Positions 29,318 through 39,813 of a stretch of 64,000 nt of DNA are shown one piece after another. The stretch lies in the NCBI GenBank assembly GCA_963664195.1, contig OY760907.1, forward strand, positions 288,001-352,000. The letters are read 5' to 3'. Made by a program: the position numbers and the translations under genes. Below the pieces are notes generated by a model, which ran no database searches, had not been told where the DNA came from, and saw nothing but the letters and a program-made list of their open reading frames with translations. The stretch is from an uncultured candidate division Zixibacteria bacterium (GTDB lineage: Bacteria > Zixibacteria > MSB-5A5 > GN15 > FEB-12). How positions within the stretch are numbered: the first letter of the stretch is position 1; each line of letters starts with the position of its first letter.

Positions 29318-30718
29318 TCAACTGCGCTTCTTGGCCAGATGGACTGCCGTACCATGGGCGTCGTGGGCGGCTTCCATGATCGACTCAGAGATAACTGGGT
29401 GTCCAAAAATCAGATCGCCAACCTGCTTAACGGTCAGTTTGCGATTGATCGCCAATGCCGCGGTATGGATAATCTCAGTAGCATGAATCCCAACAATGTG
29501 CACGCCGAGCAGCCGGTCGGTCTTCTTGTCGCCGATCAGCTTAACCTCGCCGGCGATTTCATTCTCGGCGTGAGCTTTGCCGAGTGCCCGAAGCGGGAAC
29601 TTGCCGATTATCAGCTCATGGTCCTCAGCCGCCTGCTTCTCGGTCATACCGACAGAGGCAACTTCCGGATGCGTGAAGATAACCGAAGGCACGCCCAAGT
29701 AGTCCTTCTCTACTTTCTCGCCCAGGCAGTTGTCAACCGCCACGGTGCCGTCATGAGTGGCCGTATAGGCCAGAAGGATTTCGCCGCGAACATCACCAAT
29801 GGCGAATATGTTTTTGACGTTCGTGCGCATGTCAGCGCCGGTCTTGATCGAACCGTTTTTGTTTAGCTTGACGCCAACATCCTCAAGTCCCAGTTCCTCG
29901 GTATTGAATGCCCGACCAACCGACACCAGCGCCTGGCCGGCCTCAACCGTTGTACCGTTTGAAAGATTGGCAGTGATACCCTGCGAACCCGGGACGATAG
30001 ACTCGACCCTGGTTTTGGTATGCAGCTTGACTTTGAGCTTCTTCAGTTCCCTCTCGATCAGCTTTGAAGACCCTTCGTCCTCCATCGGCAGGGCGTGATC
30101 CATCATCTCGACCATCTCAACCTTGACGTCGAGCATCGACAGCATAAAGGCCCATTCGCAACCGATGACGCCCGCACCGATGATAAGCATCGACTCCGGA
30201 AGCTGCTCCAGTTCGAGCAAATGATCCGAAGTCAGAATCCAACGACCGTCGACCGGGAAAGACGGGATATTGACCGGCCGGGATCCTGTAGCAATTATGA
30301 TATTGTCAGCTTTGATTCTGGTCTCGTTGCCGTCGGCGCCGGTAATCGTGACGTGGTTGGGGTCGACAACCTTGCCGAATCCCTGAATATGAGTTACACC
30401 GTGAGATTTGAACAGCTGGGCGATTCCGCCCACGAGCTGCCCGACAATCTTGTCTTTGCGAGCCCGCATGGCGAGCCAATCGTATGATGCCCCGCCGTTA
30501 AGGGTGAGACCAAACTCATCCGCATGCTTCACGTTGCTGTAAACGGCCGCAGAGGCGATCAACGCTTTGGAAGGAATACAACCCCGATTGAGGCAGACTC
30601 CGCCCAACTCGCGATCTTCGATTACTGCAACGCTTGCGCCTTTCATGGCGGCTCTGATACCGGCAGTGTATCCGCCCGGGCCGCCGCCGATTATGACAAT
30701 CTGATACTGTTCGATGAT
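29318..30718 (-). CDS. lpdA: Dihydrolipoamide dehydrogenase
   Basis: GGVCLNRGCIPSK, GAGVIG, HPVISE. The FAD motif IIGGGPGG lies upstream of the track's ATG; the start appears to be ATC (30718 or 30715). Confidence 0.93.
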   Translation of the reverse strand: MIEQYQIVIIGGGPGGYTAGIRAAMKGASVAVIEDRELGGVCLNRGCIPSKALIASAAVYSNVKHADEFGLTLNGGASYDWLAMRARKDKIVGQLVGGIAQLFKSHGVTHIQGFGKVVDPNHVTITGADGNETRIKADNIIIATGSRPVNIPSFPVDGRWILTSDHLLELEQLPESMLIIGAGVIGCEWAFMLSMLDVKVEMVEMMDHALPMEDEGSSKLIERELKKLKVKLHTKTRVESIVPGSQGITANLSNGTTVEAGQALVSVGRAFNTEELGLEDVGVKLNKNGSIKTGADMRTNVKNIFAIGDVRGEILLAYTATHDGTVAVDNCLGEKVEKDYLGVPSVIFTHPEVASVGMTEKQAAEDHELIIGKFPLRALGKAHAENEIAGEVKLIGDKKTDRLLGVHIVGIHATEIIHTAALAINRKLTVKQVGDLIFGHPVISESIMEAAHDAHGTAVHLAKKRS

Positions 30719-30789
30719 TCCAGCTCCTTATTCCGTATTATGGCGACTAATGTAACGGTTATAACCGCACGGGCAAGCATTCTGTGCAC

Positions 30790-30820
30790 AAAAAAGCCGG
30801 CTCCAGAAGGAGCCGGCTTT
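30790..30820 (-). terminator. Rho-independent terminator
   Basis: AGCCGGCTCC stem followed by a T run on the minus strand. Confidence 0.75.
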
Positions 30821-30863
30821 CTAAACATGTGGGCGGCATACTGAAGTCCGCTCCAGACTGGCC

Positions 30864-31400
30864 TTAGTCGCTAGCCGAGACAGTCACGATCACTCGCATT
30901 GAGTCGATCTCATACAGTCCCATACCGGCACTTGAGTAGCCGTAGTAATGAAACTCACCGGCTTCCACCAGCGTCTTGAGCGTCTCCGTGTTCTGTATCA
31001 CGCCCAGTGACTGACCGTAGGTGATGAAGTTGGCGCCGTTGGCAATCGTCAAACCGTCGACGATCTTCGTCGCGCTTGCCTGCACCGCTGCCAGACTCAT
31101 CAACTCAGCGTTGCCGGCATCGTCGATCCAGACATCAAACGTCGTTGCTGAGCCACTGGTATTGTCGATCCAAAGCTCAAAACCAACGACATCGATATTG
31201 TCGATGTTATCCTGATGGTCTTCCCAATCTTCATTATCGGTAAGATCTACGAAGTAGTAGTAGAATCCGTTGTCGGTCGTGAACTCTTCGTCCTCGACAA
31301 AGATAGTCACCACAAACGTTCCCGAGATCAGACATCCTACCAATAGGAAACAGGTCGCGACGAAGGCAGGAAGTCCCATTCTTTTTGCAAGTCGTGTCAT
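30864..31400 (-). CDS. Lipoprotein of unknown function
   Basis: Lipobox LLVG|C; GGAGG SD. Confidence 0.75.
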   Translation of the reverse strand: MTRLAKRMGLPAFVATCFLLVGCLISGTFVVTIFVEDEEFTTDNGFYYYFVDLTDNEDWEDHQDNIDNIDVVGFELWIDNTSGSATTFDVWIDDAGNAELMSLAAVQASATKIVDGLTIANGANFITYGQSLGVIQNTETLKTLVEAGEFHYYGYSSAGMGLYEIDSMRVIVTVSASD

Positions 31401-31411
31401 GCGGTCACCTC

Positions 31412-31972
31412 CTATTTCCCACCGAAGTAAAAGTTAATGCCTCCGATCAGCGCAGCAGACTTCTTGGAAGAACTGCCTTCATGCGTGATCACGTGGAGTT
31501 TACCGCGCACGTCGAGATCGAGCTGCGGTGACAACCCCATAGCGAAACCAACACCGGCCGACCAGCCGAATTTGGTCTTGCTCTCGAGGAACGCCTCGGT
31601 ATCGTCGTTCTTGACATTGTAGAACCCGACACCGCCTACGAAAAACGGCTTGAACCCGGTTCCGGCCATGCCACCTGACAAAACACCATCTACACCGTAC
31701 ATCACCAGCTTGGAACCGTCGATATCCCACACCACGTCGTTAAACGTGTCCGGAGAGCCGTAACTGGAGAATGACAGTTTGGGTTCCACGATCAGGAACG
31801 GCATAGCCTCCAGCCGACCGCGGAACTCGAAAATCGATCCGGACTCCTGGTCATCCTGGACGATCGGCACATTGATGCCTCCCGAAGCGCCTACTCCCAG
31901 CGCAGGTGGCTGGGCCATCCCCCCGGCGGTCAGCAACAACACCGCAATCGCTGTCGTCAATAACCCTTTCAC
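31412..31972 (-). CDS. Small outer-membrane beta-barrel protein (OmpA/OmpW-like)
   Basis: GTG after GGAGG; signal peptide; KPFFVGGVGFY, FGWSAGVG; aromatic C-terminus GINFYF. Confidence 0.8.
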   Translation of the reverse strand: MKGLLTTAIAVLLLTAGGMAQPPALGVGASGGINVPIVQDDQESGSIFEFRGRLEAMPFLIVEPKLSFSSYGSPDTFNDVVWDIDGSKLVMYGVDGVLSGGMAGTGFKPFFVGGVGFYNVKNDDTEAFLESKTKFGWSAGVGFAMGLSPQLDLDVRGKLHVITHEGSSSKKSAALIGGINFYFGGK

Positions 31973-32161
31973 ACAAACCTCCCGTGTTGATATGATACCT
32001 AACAGCAGTACAATCCAATCTGGATGAGGACCCTGATAAGGGTCCGGGCAATCCCCAAGATGAAACGGGCACTGCAACACAATCGCTCTTTGCCGCGCAC
32101 AATATACGATTGCAAAAGCAAAAAAACAGCTTCTATCGAGGTTTGCAAGCCAAAAAAGGCC

Positions 32162-32229
32162 TTGACAAATCTCACAGAAAAAATATAATAGGCCACCTTT
32201 CATAAACAAATAGGTAGCGTTTATTAAAC
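32162..32229 (+). promoter_or_regulatory. Consensus sigma70 promoter with candidate operator
   Basis: TTGACA-16-TATAAT (32162-32189); ATAAAC..GTTTAT inverted pair and GTTTATTAAAC palindrome downstream. Confidence 0.7.
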
Positions 32230-32253
32230 TCGAAGAAGACAAGCGGCGGCACG

Positions 32254-32796
32254 GTGGAACTGAACATAGGTCAAAAAATCAAGGCGATGAGGCTGGCCTC
32301 CGATCTCACGCAGGCCGAATTGGCCGACCGCGCTGACCTGACAAAAGGATTCATCTCCCAACTCGAAAACGAGCAGAGTTCCATTTCTGTCGACGCTCTT
32401 GCTGATATTCTCGACGCCCTTGGTATCAGCCTGACGGATTTCTTCAGCGACCAATCCGAGCCGCAGGTAGTGTTCTCCCCCGAGGATCGTATCGCGGTCG
32501 AGGGCAAAGGCGTCTCGCTCTTTGAGCTGTTGGTCCCCGGTTCCACCAACAACGACATGGACCCCATCATGGTGGAGATGGCCCCCGGAGAGGCACTTGA
32601 GCGCACTGATCCACACCCGGGAGAACAGTTTGGCTACGTGATGAGCGGAACGGCCACGCTCATAATTGACAAGAAGAGACACAGAATACCCGCCCGACAC
32701 TGCTTCTATTTTACTTCGGACAGGGTACATCAGATATCGAATGAAGGAAATGCAATGGTGAAGCTGCTCTGGCTGACCACACCACCGCAGATGTAG
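32254..32796 (+). CDS. XRE-cupin (PuuR-like) transcriptional regulator
   Basis: HTH LTQAELADRADLTKGFISQLE; cupin HPGEQFGYV...H. Confidence 0.88.
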   Translation: MELNIGQKIKAMRLASDLTQAELADRADLTKGFISQLENEQSSISVDALADILDALGISLTDFFSDQSEPQVVFSPEDRIAVEGKGVSLFELLVPGSTNNDMDPIMVEMAPGEALERTDPHPGEQFGYVMSGTATLIIDKKRHRIPARHCFYFTSDRVHQISNEGNAMVKLLWLTTPPQM

Positions 32797-32824
32797 AATA
32801 TAGATATGAAAGGAGGAACTGGAG

Positions 32825-33238
32825 ATGAGAATTCTGGGACGACATCTCATAGTTGAATACGCCGACTGCGCGTCCGAAAAACTGGACGACAAGGAATTTC
32901 TGCAATCCAGTATGCTTGAGGCAGTACGAAAATCGGGCGCAACAATCGTTAGTTCCACTTTTCATCGTTACGCCCCGCAGGGCGTGTCCGGAGTAGTGGT
33001 CATAGCCGAATCTCACATGTCGATTCACACCTGGCCCGAGTATGGTTATGCCGCAGTCGACTTCTTCACCTGTGGCCAGACCGTCGATCCTCACAAAGCC
33101 CACGCTCTCATCAAAGATGCGCTGGAGTGCAAAAGGGTCACGGTCCAGGAGATGAAACGCGGAATCCCGTCGGACAAACACGAGGTCATCAGCCACAAAC
33201 CAGAACTACAGGCTGGTAAGGCCGTAGCGGCCGGCTGA
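32825..33238 (+). CDS. speD: S-adenosylmethionine decarboxylase proenzyme
   Basis: GRHL, PQGVSGVVVIAESHMSIHTWPEYGYAAVDFFTCG. Confidence 0.95.
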   Translation: MRILGRHLIVEYADCASEKLDDKEFLQSSMLEAVRKSGATIVSSTFHRYAPQGVSGVVVIAESHMSIHTWPEYGYAAVDFFTCGQTVDPHKAHALIKDALECKRVTVQEMKRGIPSDKHEVISHKPELQAGKAVAAG

Positions 33239-33254
33239 GAAAAGAGCGCGAAAT

Positions 33255-34424
33255 ATGACGCACTCTCTCAGTTTCTCGCAGGTGATGGAGACAGCCCTAC
33301 TTCGGGGGGTCGACACCTCTTTGATAAGTGACCTGTTTATGCGCAAGGGACCAAAAACCCCCGTGTTGCTGCTGTCACGATCAGAGGTGCGCCGCAACTA
33401 CCAGGCTCTAACTCAGGCTCTCCCCCGCGCCAAAGTGCACTACGCTGTCAAGTCAAACAATCACGAGGCTATCCTTCGCGAGGTATTTGATTGCGGGGGT
33501 AATTTCGATGTCTGCTCGGCGGCGGAAATCGATCTCGTCACGGCCGCCGGCGCGGAGCCGTCGACCCTGGTGCATACCCATCCGATCAAATCGACGTATG
33601 AGTTCGATTATGCGATCAGCAAAGGTGTCGAGACATTCGTCGTAGACAATAGTGAAGAAGTGCAGAAGCTCAGGCGGTACACCGATCGCAGGCTGAAGAT
33701 TCTGATCCGCTATCGGATCAACACAAACACCACAGCCGTCGTCGATCTGCAGTACAAGTTCGGCTGCACTCCAGACGAAGTGTTAATGCTCGCTCGCGAG
33801 ATAAAGGATGCCGGACATGAGTACCACGGACTGTGTTTTCACATAGGTTCGCAGTGCGTGTTCTCTGAGAACTACGTGCAGGCGATTCACGCCGGCAGCG
33901 AATTGATCCGGTCACTGAATATGGATGGATTCACTACCCGTGTGCTGGATATCGGCGGTGGATTCCCTGTCCAGTACGTCGAGCTGATTCCTTCGATTGA
34001 ATCCCTATGCGAACCGATTAGCGCGGCACTCACGGAGTACATCAGCCCCGATATTCGAGTCATCTGTGAGCCGGGACGTTTCATATCCGGAAGTCCGGTG
34101 ACGCTGGTGTGCAACGTGGAAGGCAAAGCTCTTCGTGACGGCAAGATGTGGTATTATCTCGACGACGGTCTCTACTCGACCTTCAGCGGCATCGTATTCG
34201 ACCATTGCCAGTATCCGGTGATAACCAACAAACCGGGCGAGGGAAAACTCTCCGTTCTGGCCGGACCGACCTGTGACTCGTTTGATGTCATGTACGACGG
34301 TCTGGTAATCCCGGAACACGAAATCGGTGATATGTTTGTATTCCCGTTGACGGGTGCCTACTGTGCAGTATCGGGATCGAATTTCAACTCCCTGAAACGA
34401 CCGGAATACATTGTTATAGATTAA
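33255..34424 (+). CDS. Fold-III PLP ornithine (or lysine) decarboxylase
   Basis: YAVKSN, KFG, FHIGSQ, LDIGGG, EPGR, GPTCDSFD, GAY. Confidence 0.9.
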   Translation: MTHSLSFSQVMETALLRGVDTSLISDLFMRKGPKTPVLLLSRSEVRRNYQALTQALPRAKVHYAVKSNNHEAILREVFDCGGNFDVCSAAEIDLVTAAGAEPSTLVHTHPIKSTYEFDYAISKGVETFVVDNSEEVQKLRRYTDRRLKILIRYRINTNTTAVVDLQYKFGCTPDEVLMLAREIKDAGHEYHGLCFHIGSQCVFSENYVQAIHAGSELIRSLNMDGFTTRVLDIGGGFPVQYVELIPSIESLCEPISAALTEYISPDIRVICEPGRFISGSPVTLVCNVEGKALRDGKMWYYLDDGLYSTFSGIVFDHCQYPVITNKPGEGKLSVLAGPTCDSFDVMYDGLVIPEHEIGDMFVFPLTGAYCAVSGSNFNSLKRPEYIVID

Positions 34425-34432
34425 GGCTGAAT

Positions 34433-35329
34433 ATGACAGACAAGAAGAACGTGGCAGGAAACTACATTAGCGAAGAAGGCATGGCCAACCTCTGGAATGT
34501 CTGGTACTCGGAACTTCACGACGGTACCTCCGGCCTGACGCTCAAGATCAACCGTACGGTGGAATCCCTCCAGTCGGAGTTTCAGCGTATCGACATTATC
34601 GAAAACGATGACTTCGGTAAAATGCTCGTCCTCTACGGTTCTCTCATGGTGTGCGACACTGACAACAACGCCTATAACGAGATGATTGCCCACGTCCCGC
34701 TGTTCTGCCATCCCGACCCGAGACAGGTCCTCATTATCGGCGGCGGTGACTGCGGTGCTCTGACAGAGGTCATGAAACACCCGGAAGTCGAACGCTGCAC
34801 AATGTGCGAACTGGATGAGATGGTGGTCGAGGTATCAAAAAGACACTTCCCCCGCCTGACCGCTGGAGCTTCCGACTCGAGAGCCAACATGATCTTCCAG
34901 GACGGCAAGAAGTTCATCGAGGACACCGACGAGAAGTTCGATCTGATCCTGCTTGACCTCTCCGATCCGGTCGGTCCGGCGGCGGATTTGTTTCAGAAGT
35001 CATTCCATCAAGACGTATACGATCGATTGAACGACAGCGGCATCATGGTCGCGCAGTCCGAATCGCCGTACTTCAATCAAGAGACGGTACGGGCGATGTA
35101 CACCAACCTCAAGAGTATTTTCCCGATCGTAAGGATGTACACCTGCTTCATGCCGATATATCCCTCAGGATATTGGTCATTTGCCTTCTGCAGCAAGGGG
35201 ATAGACCCGCTGAGAGATATGGACACCGCTCGTTACGAAAAGAACAAACCGGAGACACGGTACTACAATCTGGAGACGCATCGCGGTGCCTTTGCCCTGC
35301 CGCAGTTTGTCCGGGAACTGGTCGACTGA
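34433..35329 (+). CDS. speE: Spermidine synthase
   Basis: SEFQRI, YNEMIAHVP, VLIIGGGD, DPVGPA, PIYPSGYW. Confidence 0.95.
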   Translation: MTDKKNVAGNYISEEGMANLWNVWYSELHDGTSGLTLKINRTVESLQSEFQRIDIIENDDFGKMLVLYGSLMVCDTDNNAYNEMIAHVPLFCHPDPRQVLIIGGGDCGALTEVMKHPEVERCTMCELDEMVVEVSKRHFPRLTAGASDSRANMIFQDGKKFIEDTDEKFDLILLDLSDPVGPAADLFQKSFHQDVYDRLNDSGIMVAQSESPYFNQETVRAMYTNLKSIFPIVRMYTCFMPIYPSGYWSFAFCSKGIDPLRDMDTARYEKNKPETRYYNLETHRGAFALPQFVRELVD

Positions 35330-35618
35330 TCATCGTGCGGTGAATTGCAAAACGCCCGGCCAAGCCCGGGCGTTTCTGTTCGTACCGGAACGATACGGAG
35401 AAACATGAAACCGGCTTATCTTATGCAAGACTGCAAAGCTGAATCCGCCGGGACGATTGTCGACTACTGCAGGCAGAAGCAGGTTGTATGTGCTGTTGGA
35501 CGACCCCGTCCGACAGCCTCAAAATACACCGACAATTGCCAGTCAGAATGACCGGCGGTCCGGACCACCGGGGAGATAGGTAACCGTATATTGACGGTAC
35601 TGATCAAGGAGGTAGACA

Positions 35619-35830
35619 GTGCCGTGAAAAGAGACGGAACCCATGAACGAACGGATGAGATTCATTCTGATGCATGAGGATGAGAGTTTTACGGTGAGCC
35701 GGTTGTGCGAGCTGTTTGGGATTTCTCGGAGGACCGGTTGTGACGGATTGCGAGAGCGATCACGGGCCGCTCTGAGCACGCTACGCTAAGACTCATAACT
35801 CAGTCACACCGCTTCCTGCCTGAACGCCCG
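35619..35830 (+). pseudogene. Degraded IS481-like transposase 5' remnant (end approximate)
   Basis: AGGAGG SD, then GTG CCG TGA AAA GAG ACG = MP*KETEPMNERMRFIL...VSRLCELFGISRRTG, i.e. an MPWKET-type start plus HTH with internal stops. Confidence 0.65.
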
Positions 35831-36113
35831 ACCGTATTGTCGTCAAGTTCCGTCGTTCGTCATCTGAACACCTCCTGAAACCAACATACCGTGGCTTTTT
35901 CAGGTGTCCGCTCTTTCGGGGGAAGAACACACGATTCCTATCACTACGGCGTGTTGGCATGCTGCGAATCCACCACGTCGGAGGCTGGACGGTATACGTC
36001 GGAGGAGTACCTTGAGGAGCTCGAATCGCTGATCGACTAGCTCATAGTGTAAGGCACCACGTACTCCAAGCGGCACTCCGGTACGTTCTCAGTTGATTCG
36101 AGCGCATCAAACC

Positions 36114-36144
36114 AAAAACCGCCGGGGCTTAAACCCCGGCGGTT
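36114..36144 (-). terminator. Terminator of valS
   Basis: AACCGCCGGGG..CCCCGGCGGTT stem plus T run. Confidence 0.8.
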
Positions 36145-36171
36145 GTGATCATCAGTCGATGTATTCGCCTG

Positions 36172-38850
36172 TTACCAGCCCAGAATCTGCTCCAGGTTGC
36201 GGTTGATCTTCTCGATCCGTTCCTCGTAGTCCGACTTCTTGCCTTTCTCACGCTCGACAACATCGTCAGGAGCGTTGGCAAGGAAATCAGGATTGGCGAG
36301 TTTCTTTGAAACTCTGGTCAACTGTAGTTTCAAGTTGTCCAGATCCTTTTGAAGGCGACTCTTCTCCATGTCAATGTCGATCAAGCCCTCGAGCGGGACA
36401 AAAATCTCCGCGCCTGAGATTACAGCCGATGCCGAAAGCGGCGGCTTCTTGACACTCGTGCCGCAGTGGAGATTCTCCACGCGCGCCAGCGAACGGAAGT
36501 ACTGGATGTGGTCTTCCAGCAGTTTGCCGAAAGACTCTTCGCCCACCCGAACGTACAAGTCGGACTTTTTGCCAGGCGGGACGTTCAACTCGGCACGGAC
36601 CGAGCGGATCGCCGTCACGACTTCCTGAATCTGCTTCAGGCTCTCTTCGAGATCGTTGTCGACGTGCTTGAGGTCCGTCTTCGGCCACGGGCCAAAAGTG
36701 AGCGTGTTCGATCTGTCGGTTTCGTCCGAACCGGTCAACTGGTGGTATATCTCTTCTGTGACGAACGGCATGAACGGATGCAGCAGTCTCAAAATCTGAG
36801 CGAGTGTGTAGGTCGCGACATTCAGCGAATTCGGCCTGATCGATTCTCCCGGCACGTCCGGCTTGATCAACTCGACATACCACGAGCAATAATCATCCCA
36901 GACAAAGTTATAGAGAATCTTCGATGCGTTCGACAAGCGATACTCTTTAAAGCAGTTCTCAACCGCTTCGATTGTTCTCTCCAACCGTGAGAGAATCCAG
37001 CGGTCGAAAATGTCCAGGTCTGTTTCCTCAAGCTCTTTCAGTACTGGTTTCTGACCGTCGAGACGCATCATGACAAACCGGGAAACCTGGTAGAGCTTGT
37101 TGACGAAATTGCGTCCGCCCTCGAACGTGTTTTTGCTGATCCAGGGGTCCTGACCGTCGGGAGTGGCGAGCACCATCGATATGCGGAGCGCATCGGCGCC
37201 GTGCTTTTCGATAACCTCGACCGGGTCGATACCGTTGCCAAGCGATTTGGACATTTTGATGCCGTTGGCGTCGCGGACCGTGCCGTGGATGTAGACGTCG
37301 GTAAACGGCGACTTGCCCATAAACTCGAATCCCGACATGACCATGCGCGCCACCCAGAGGAAGATGATTTCCGAGGCAGTGGTGAGCACTTTGGTCGGGT
37401 AGAACTTCTCAAGCTCCGGGGTCTTCTCCGGCCAGCCGAACGCTGAGAACGGCCACAGCCACGAGGAGAACCAGGTGTCCAAAACGTCCTCGTCCTGTAC
37501 CAGCGTCTTCGGATCGTAACCCTCACACTCGTCGGCAGTCGGGCGATTTACCGAAATGAACATCGCGCCGTCTTCGGCATACCAGACGGGGATGCGATGT
37601 CCCCACCAGAGCTGACGGGAAATGCACCAGTCGCGGATGTTTTCCATCCAGTGAAGGTAGGTCTTGGACCAGTAGTCCGGATGGAATCGCAGTTCCCCTC
37701 TTTTGAGAACGTCGATAGCCGGCTCTGCCAGTTCCTTCATTTTCACAAACCACTGATTGGAGAGATAGGGTTCGACCACTGTATGGCAGCGGTAGCAGGT
37801 ACCTGCCGAGAGAGCGTAGTCTTCGGTCTTTTCCAACTGTCCCTTTTCGCCGAGTTCTTTGAGCAGCTCTTTTCTGGCTGCGTAACGGTCGAAGCCTTTG
37901 TACTTGCCGGCGTTTTCGTTCAGAGTGCCGTCGATATTGAGAATGTTAATCTCAGTCAGGTCGTGACGCTTGCCGATCTCAAAGTCGTTCGGGTCGTGGG
38001 CCGGAGTGACTTTGACAACACCGGTTCCGAATTCCGGGTCGACATAGCTGTCGGCGACAATCGGAATCTCGCGCTCGAGAATCGGCAGAATGACCGTTTT
38101 GCCGACGTACCGTTTGAAGCGGCTGTCTTTCGGCGAGACGGCCAGGGCAGTGTCTCCGAGCATTGTCTCGGGACGCGTGGTGGCGACCGTCAGGTATTCG
38201 TCGGAGCCTTTAACTTTATATTTGATATACCAGAGATGGCTCGCAAAATCCTTGTGCTCGACCTCGTCGTCGGACAGTGACGTTTTGCATGAAGGACACC
38301 AGTTTACGATCCGGTGGCCGCGGTAGATCAGTTTCCGTTCGTAGAGGTGTTTGAAGACCTGGGCGACTGCTTCAGAGAGACCGTCATCAAGCGTGAAACG
38401 AGTGCGTTCCCAATCGCAGGAGCAGCCCATCTTGCGCAACTGGCCCAGAATCTGTTCCTTATTGCCACGTGCCCATTCGTTCGTCCGTTCCCAGAATTTC
38501 TCGCGGCCCATCTCGCGGCGGGTAGTGCCTTCTTTGGCAAGTTGTTTCTCAACAATAACCTGCGTCGCGATTCCGGCGTGATCTGAGCCGGGCAGCCATT
38601 CGGCCTCGTAGCCTTCCATTCGATGTTTGCGGACAAGAACATCCTGAATCGTGTTGTTCAGCGCGTGGCCCAGGTGCAGGACGGCAGTAACATTCGGCGG
38701 CGGGATGACGATGCTGTACGGCTGCTTCTCGGAGTTCGGGTCACCGTGGAAGTAGCCGGCATCGGTCCATTGCTGATAAATCCGCTTCTCGACTTCGGCC
38801 GGAGAGTAGGCAGTGGATTTTTTTGGTCGCTGGTCGTTTGTGTTGCTCAT
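36172..38850 (-). CDS. valS: Valine--tRNA ligase
   Basis: PPPNVT, HLGH, DWCISRQLWWGH, KMSKS, C-terminal coiled-coil arm. Likely start MSNTND at 38850. Confidence 0.97.
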   Translation of the reverse strand: MSNTNDQRPKKSTAYSPAEVEKRIYQQWTDAGYFHGDPNSEKQPYSIVIPPPNVTAVLHLGHALNNTIQDVLVRKHRMEGYEAEWLPGSDHAGIATQVIVEKQLAKEGTTRREMGREKFWERTNEWARGNKEQILGQLRKMGCSCDWERTRFTLDDGLSEAVAQVFKHLYERKLIYRGHRIVNWCPSCKTSLSDDEVEHKDFASHLWYIKYKVKGSDEYLTVATTRPETMLGDTALAVSPKDSRFKRYVGKTVILPILEREIPIVADSYVDPEFGTGVVKVTPAHDPNDFEIGKRHDLTEINILNIDGTLNENAGKYKGFDRYAARKELLKELGEKGQLEKTEDYALSAGTCYRCHTVVEPYLSNQWFVKMKELAEPAIDVLKRGELRFHPDYWSKTYLHWMENIRDWCISRQLWWGHRIPVWYAEDGAMFISVNRPTADECEGYDPKTLVQDEDVLDTWFSSWLWPFSAFGWPEKTPELEKFYPTKVLTTASEIIFLWVARMVMSGFEFMGKSPFTDVYIHGTVRDANGIKMSKSLGNGIDPVEVIEKHGADALRISMVLATPDGQDPWISKNTFEGGRNFVNKLYQVSRFVMMRLDGQKPVLKELEETDLDIFDRWILSRLERTIEAVENCFKEYRLSNASKILYNFVWDDYCSWYVELIKPDVPGESIRPNSLNVATYTLAQILRLLHPFMPFVTEEIYHQLTGSDETDRSNTLTFGPWPKTDLKHVDNDLEESLKQIQEVVTAIRSVRAELNVPPGKKSDLYVRVGEESFGKLLEDHIQYFRSLARVENLHCGTSVKKPPLSASAVISGAEIFVPLEGLIDIDMEKSRLQKDLDNLKLQLTRVSKKLANPDFLANAPDDVVEREKGKKSDYEERIEKINRNLEQILGW

Positions 38851-39003
38851 GTCAAACTCGTTCCATATATTTCCAGCCGTCTTGCGAGACGGAAGTTGTT
38901 TGCGAAAACCTTCCATTCTAGGTCTGTGACCGCTTTTTGTCAAGCTCGAAACCTGAATGGGGAAGATCACTCCGGAGAACAGATAAGGGTTATATCGGCA
39001 TAT

Positions 39004-39813
39004 ATGAACGATTTGAAAGCCAAAGTACTCGACAAAACCATCCCCCCGTTTGAGCGTCTTTGCCTCCTGATGGAGGTCCTGCGTTCCCCGGAGGGTTGTG
39101 CCTGGGACCGCGCCCAGACCCACCATTCTCTTCTGCCGTACCTGATTGAGGAGGCCTATGAAGTGGTCGAGGCGGTCGAGTCCGGCGATCACGAGGAGCT
39201 GAAAGACGAACTGGGGGACGTCATCTGTCAGGTTGTCTTCCATGCCCAACTGGCACGGGAAAAGGGGCTTTTTGAGGCCAATGATTCGGTCAATTGCATC
39301 ATTGACAAGCTGGTACGCCGTCATCCGCACGTTTTCGGCGAACAGAAAGAGCTTAATCCGCAACAGGTGCGGGATCAGTGGGAGAAGATCAAGACCGGAT
39401 CAGGGGAGAAAAAGACCGTGTTGGGAGGACTTCCACGCAGCATGCCGGCTCTGACGATGGCCTTCAGGATAGGGGAAAAAGCTGGCGGTGTCGGATTTGA
39501 CTGGGATTGCGCCTCGGATGTTTTCGAGAAAATCGACGAAGAACTCGGCGAGATCAAACAGGAGTTGGATTCCACAGGGCCGGACAGACAAGAACGAATA
39601 GCCGAGGAGTTCGGTGATCTGCTGTTTGCAGTAGCATCGGCGGCAAGGAAGTTGAAGGTTGACCCGGAGGCTGCGCTCAGGAAAGCGCTGTTGAAGTTCA
39701 TAGGGCGGTTCGAGAAGCTCGAACAGGAGGTGAACGAATCCGGTCGGGTATTCGATGACTACACACTTGATCAGTTAGAGGATATCTGGCAACGAGTGAA
39801 AAAGACAGACTGA
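39004..39813 (+). CDS. mazG: Nucleoside triphosphate pyrophosphohydrolase
   Basis: LRSPEGCAWDRAQT, EEAYE, ELGD, RRHPHVF, EEFGDLLF. Confidence 0.95.
   Translation: MNDLKAKVLDKTIPPFERLCLLMEVLRSPEGCAWDRAQTHHSLLPYLIEEAYEVVEAVESGDHEELKDELGDVICQVVFHAQLAREKGLFEANDSVNCIIDKLVRRHPHVFGEQKELNPQQVRDQWEKIKTGSGEKKTVLGGLPRSMPALTMAFRIGEKAGGVGFDWDCASDVFEKIDEELGEIKQELDSTGPDRQERIAEEFGDLLFAVASAARKLKVDPEAALRKALLKFIGRFEKLEQEVNESGRVFDDYTLDQLEDIWQRVKKTD

Noticed and set aside
38851..39363. N-terminal extensions of the valS and mazG ORFs
   Set aside because: Mutual overlap artefacts; homology begins at 38850 and 39004.
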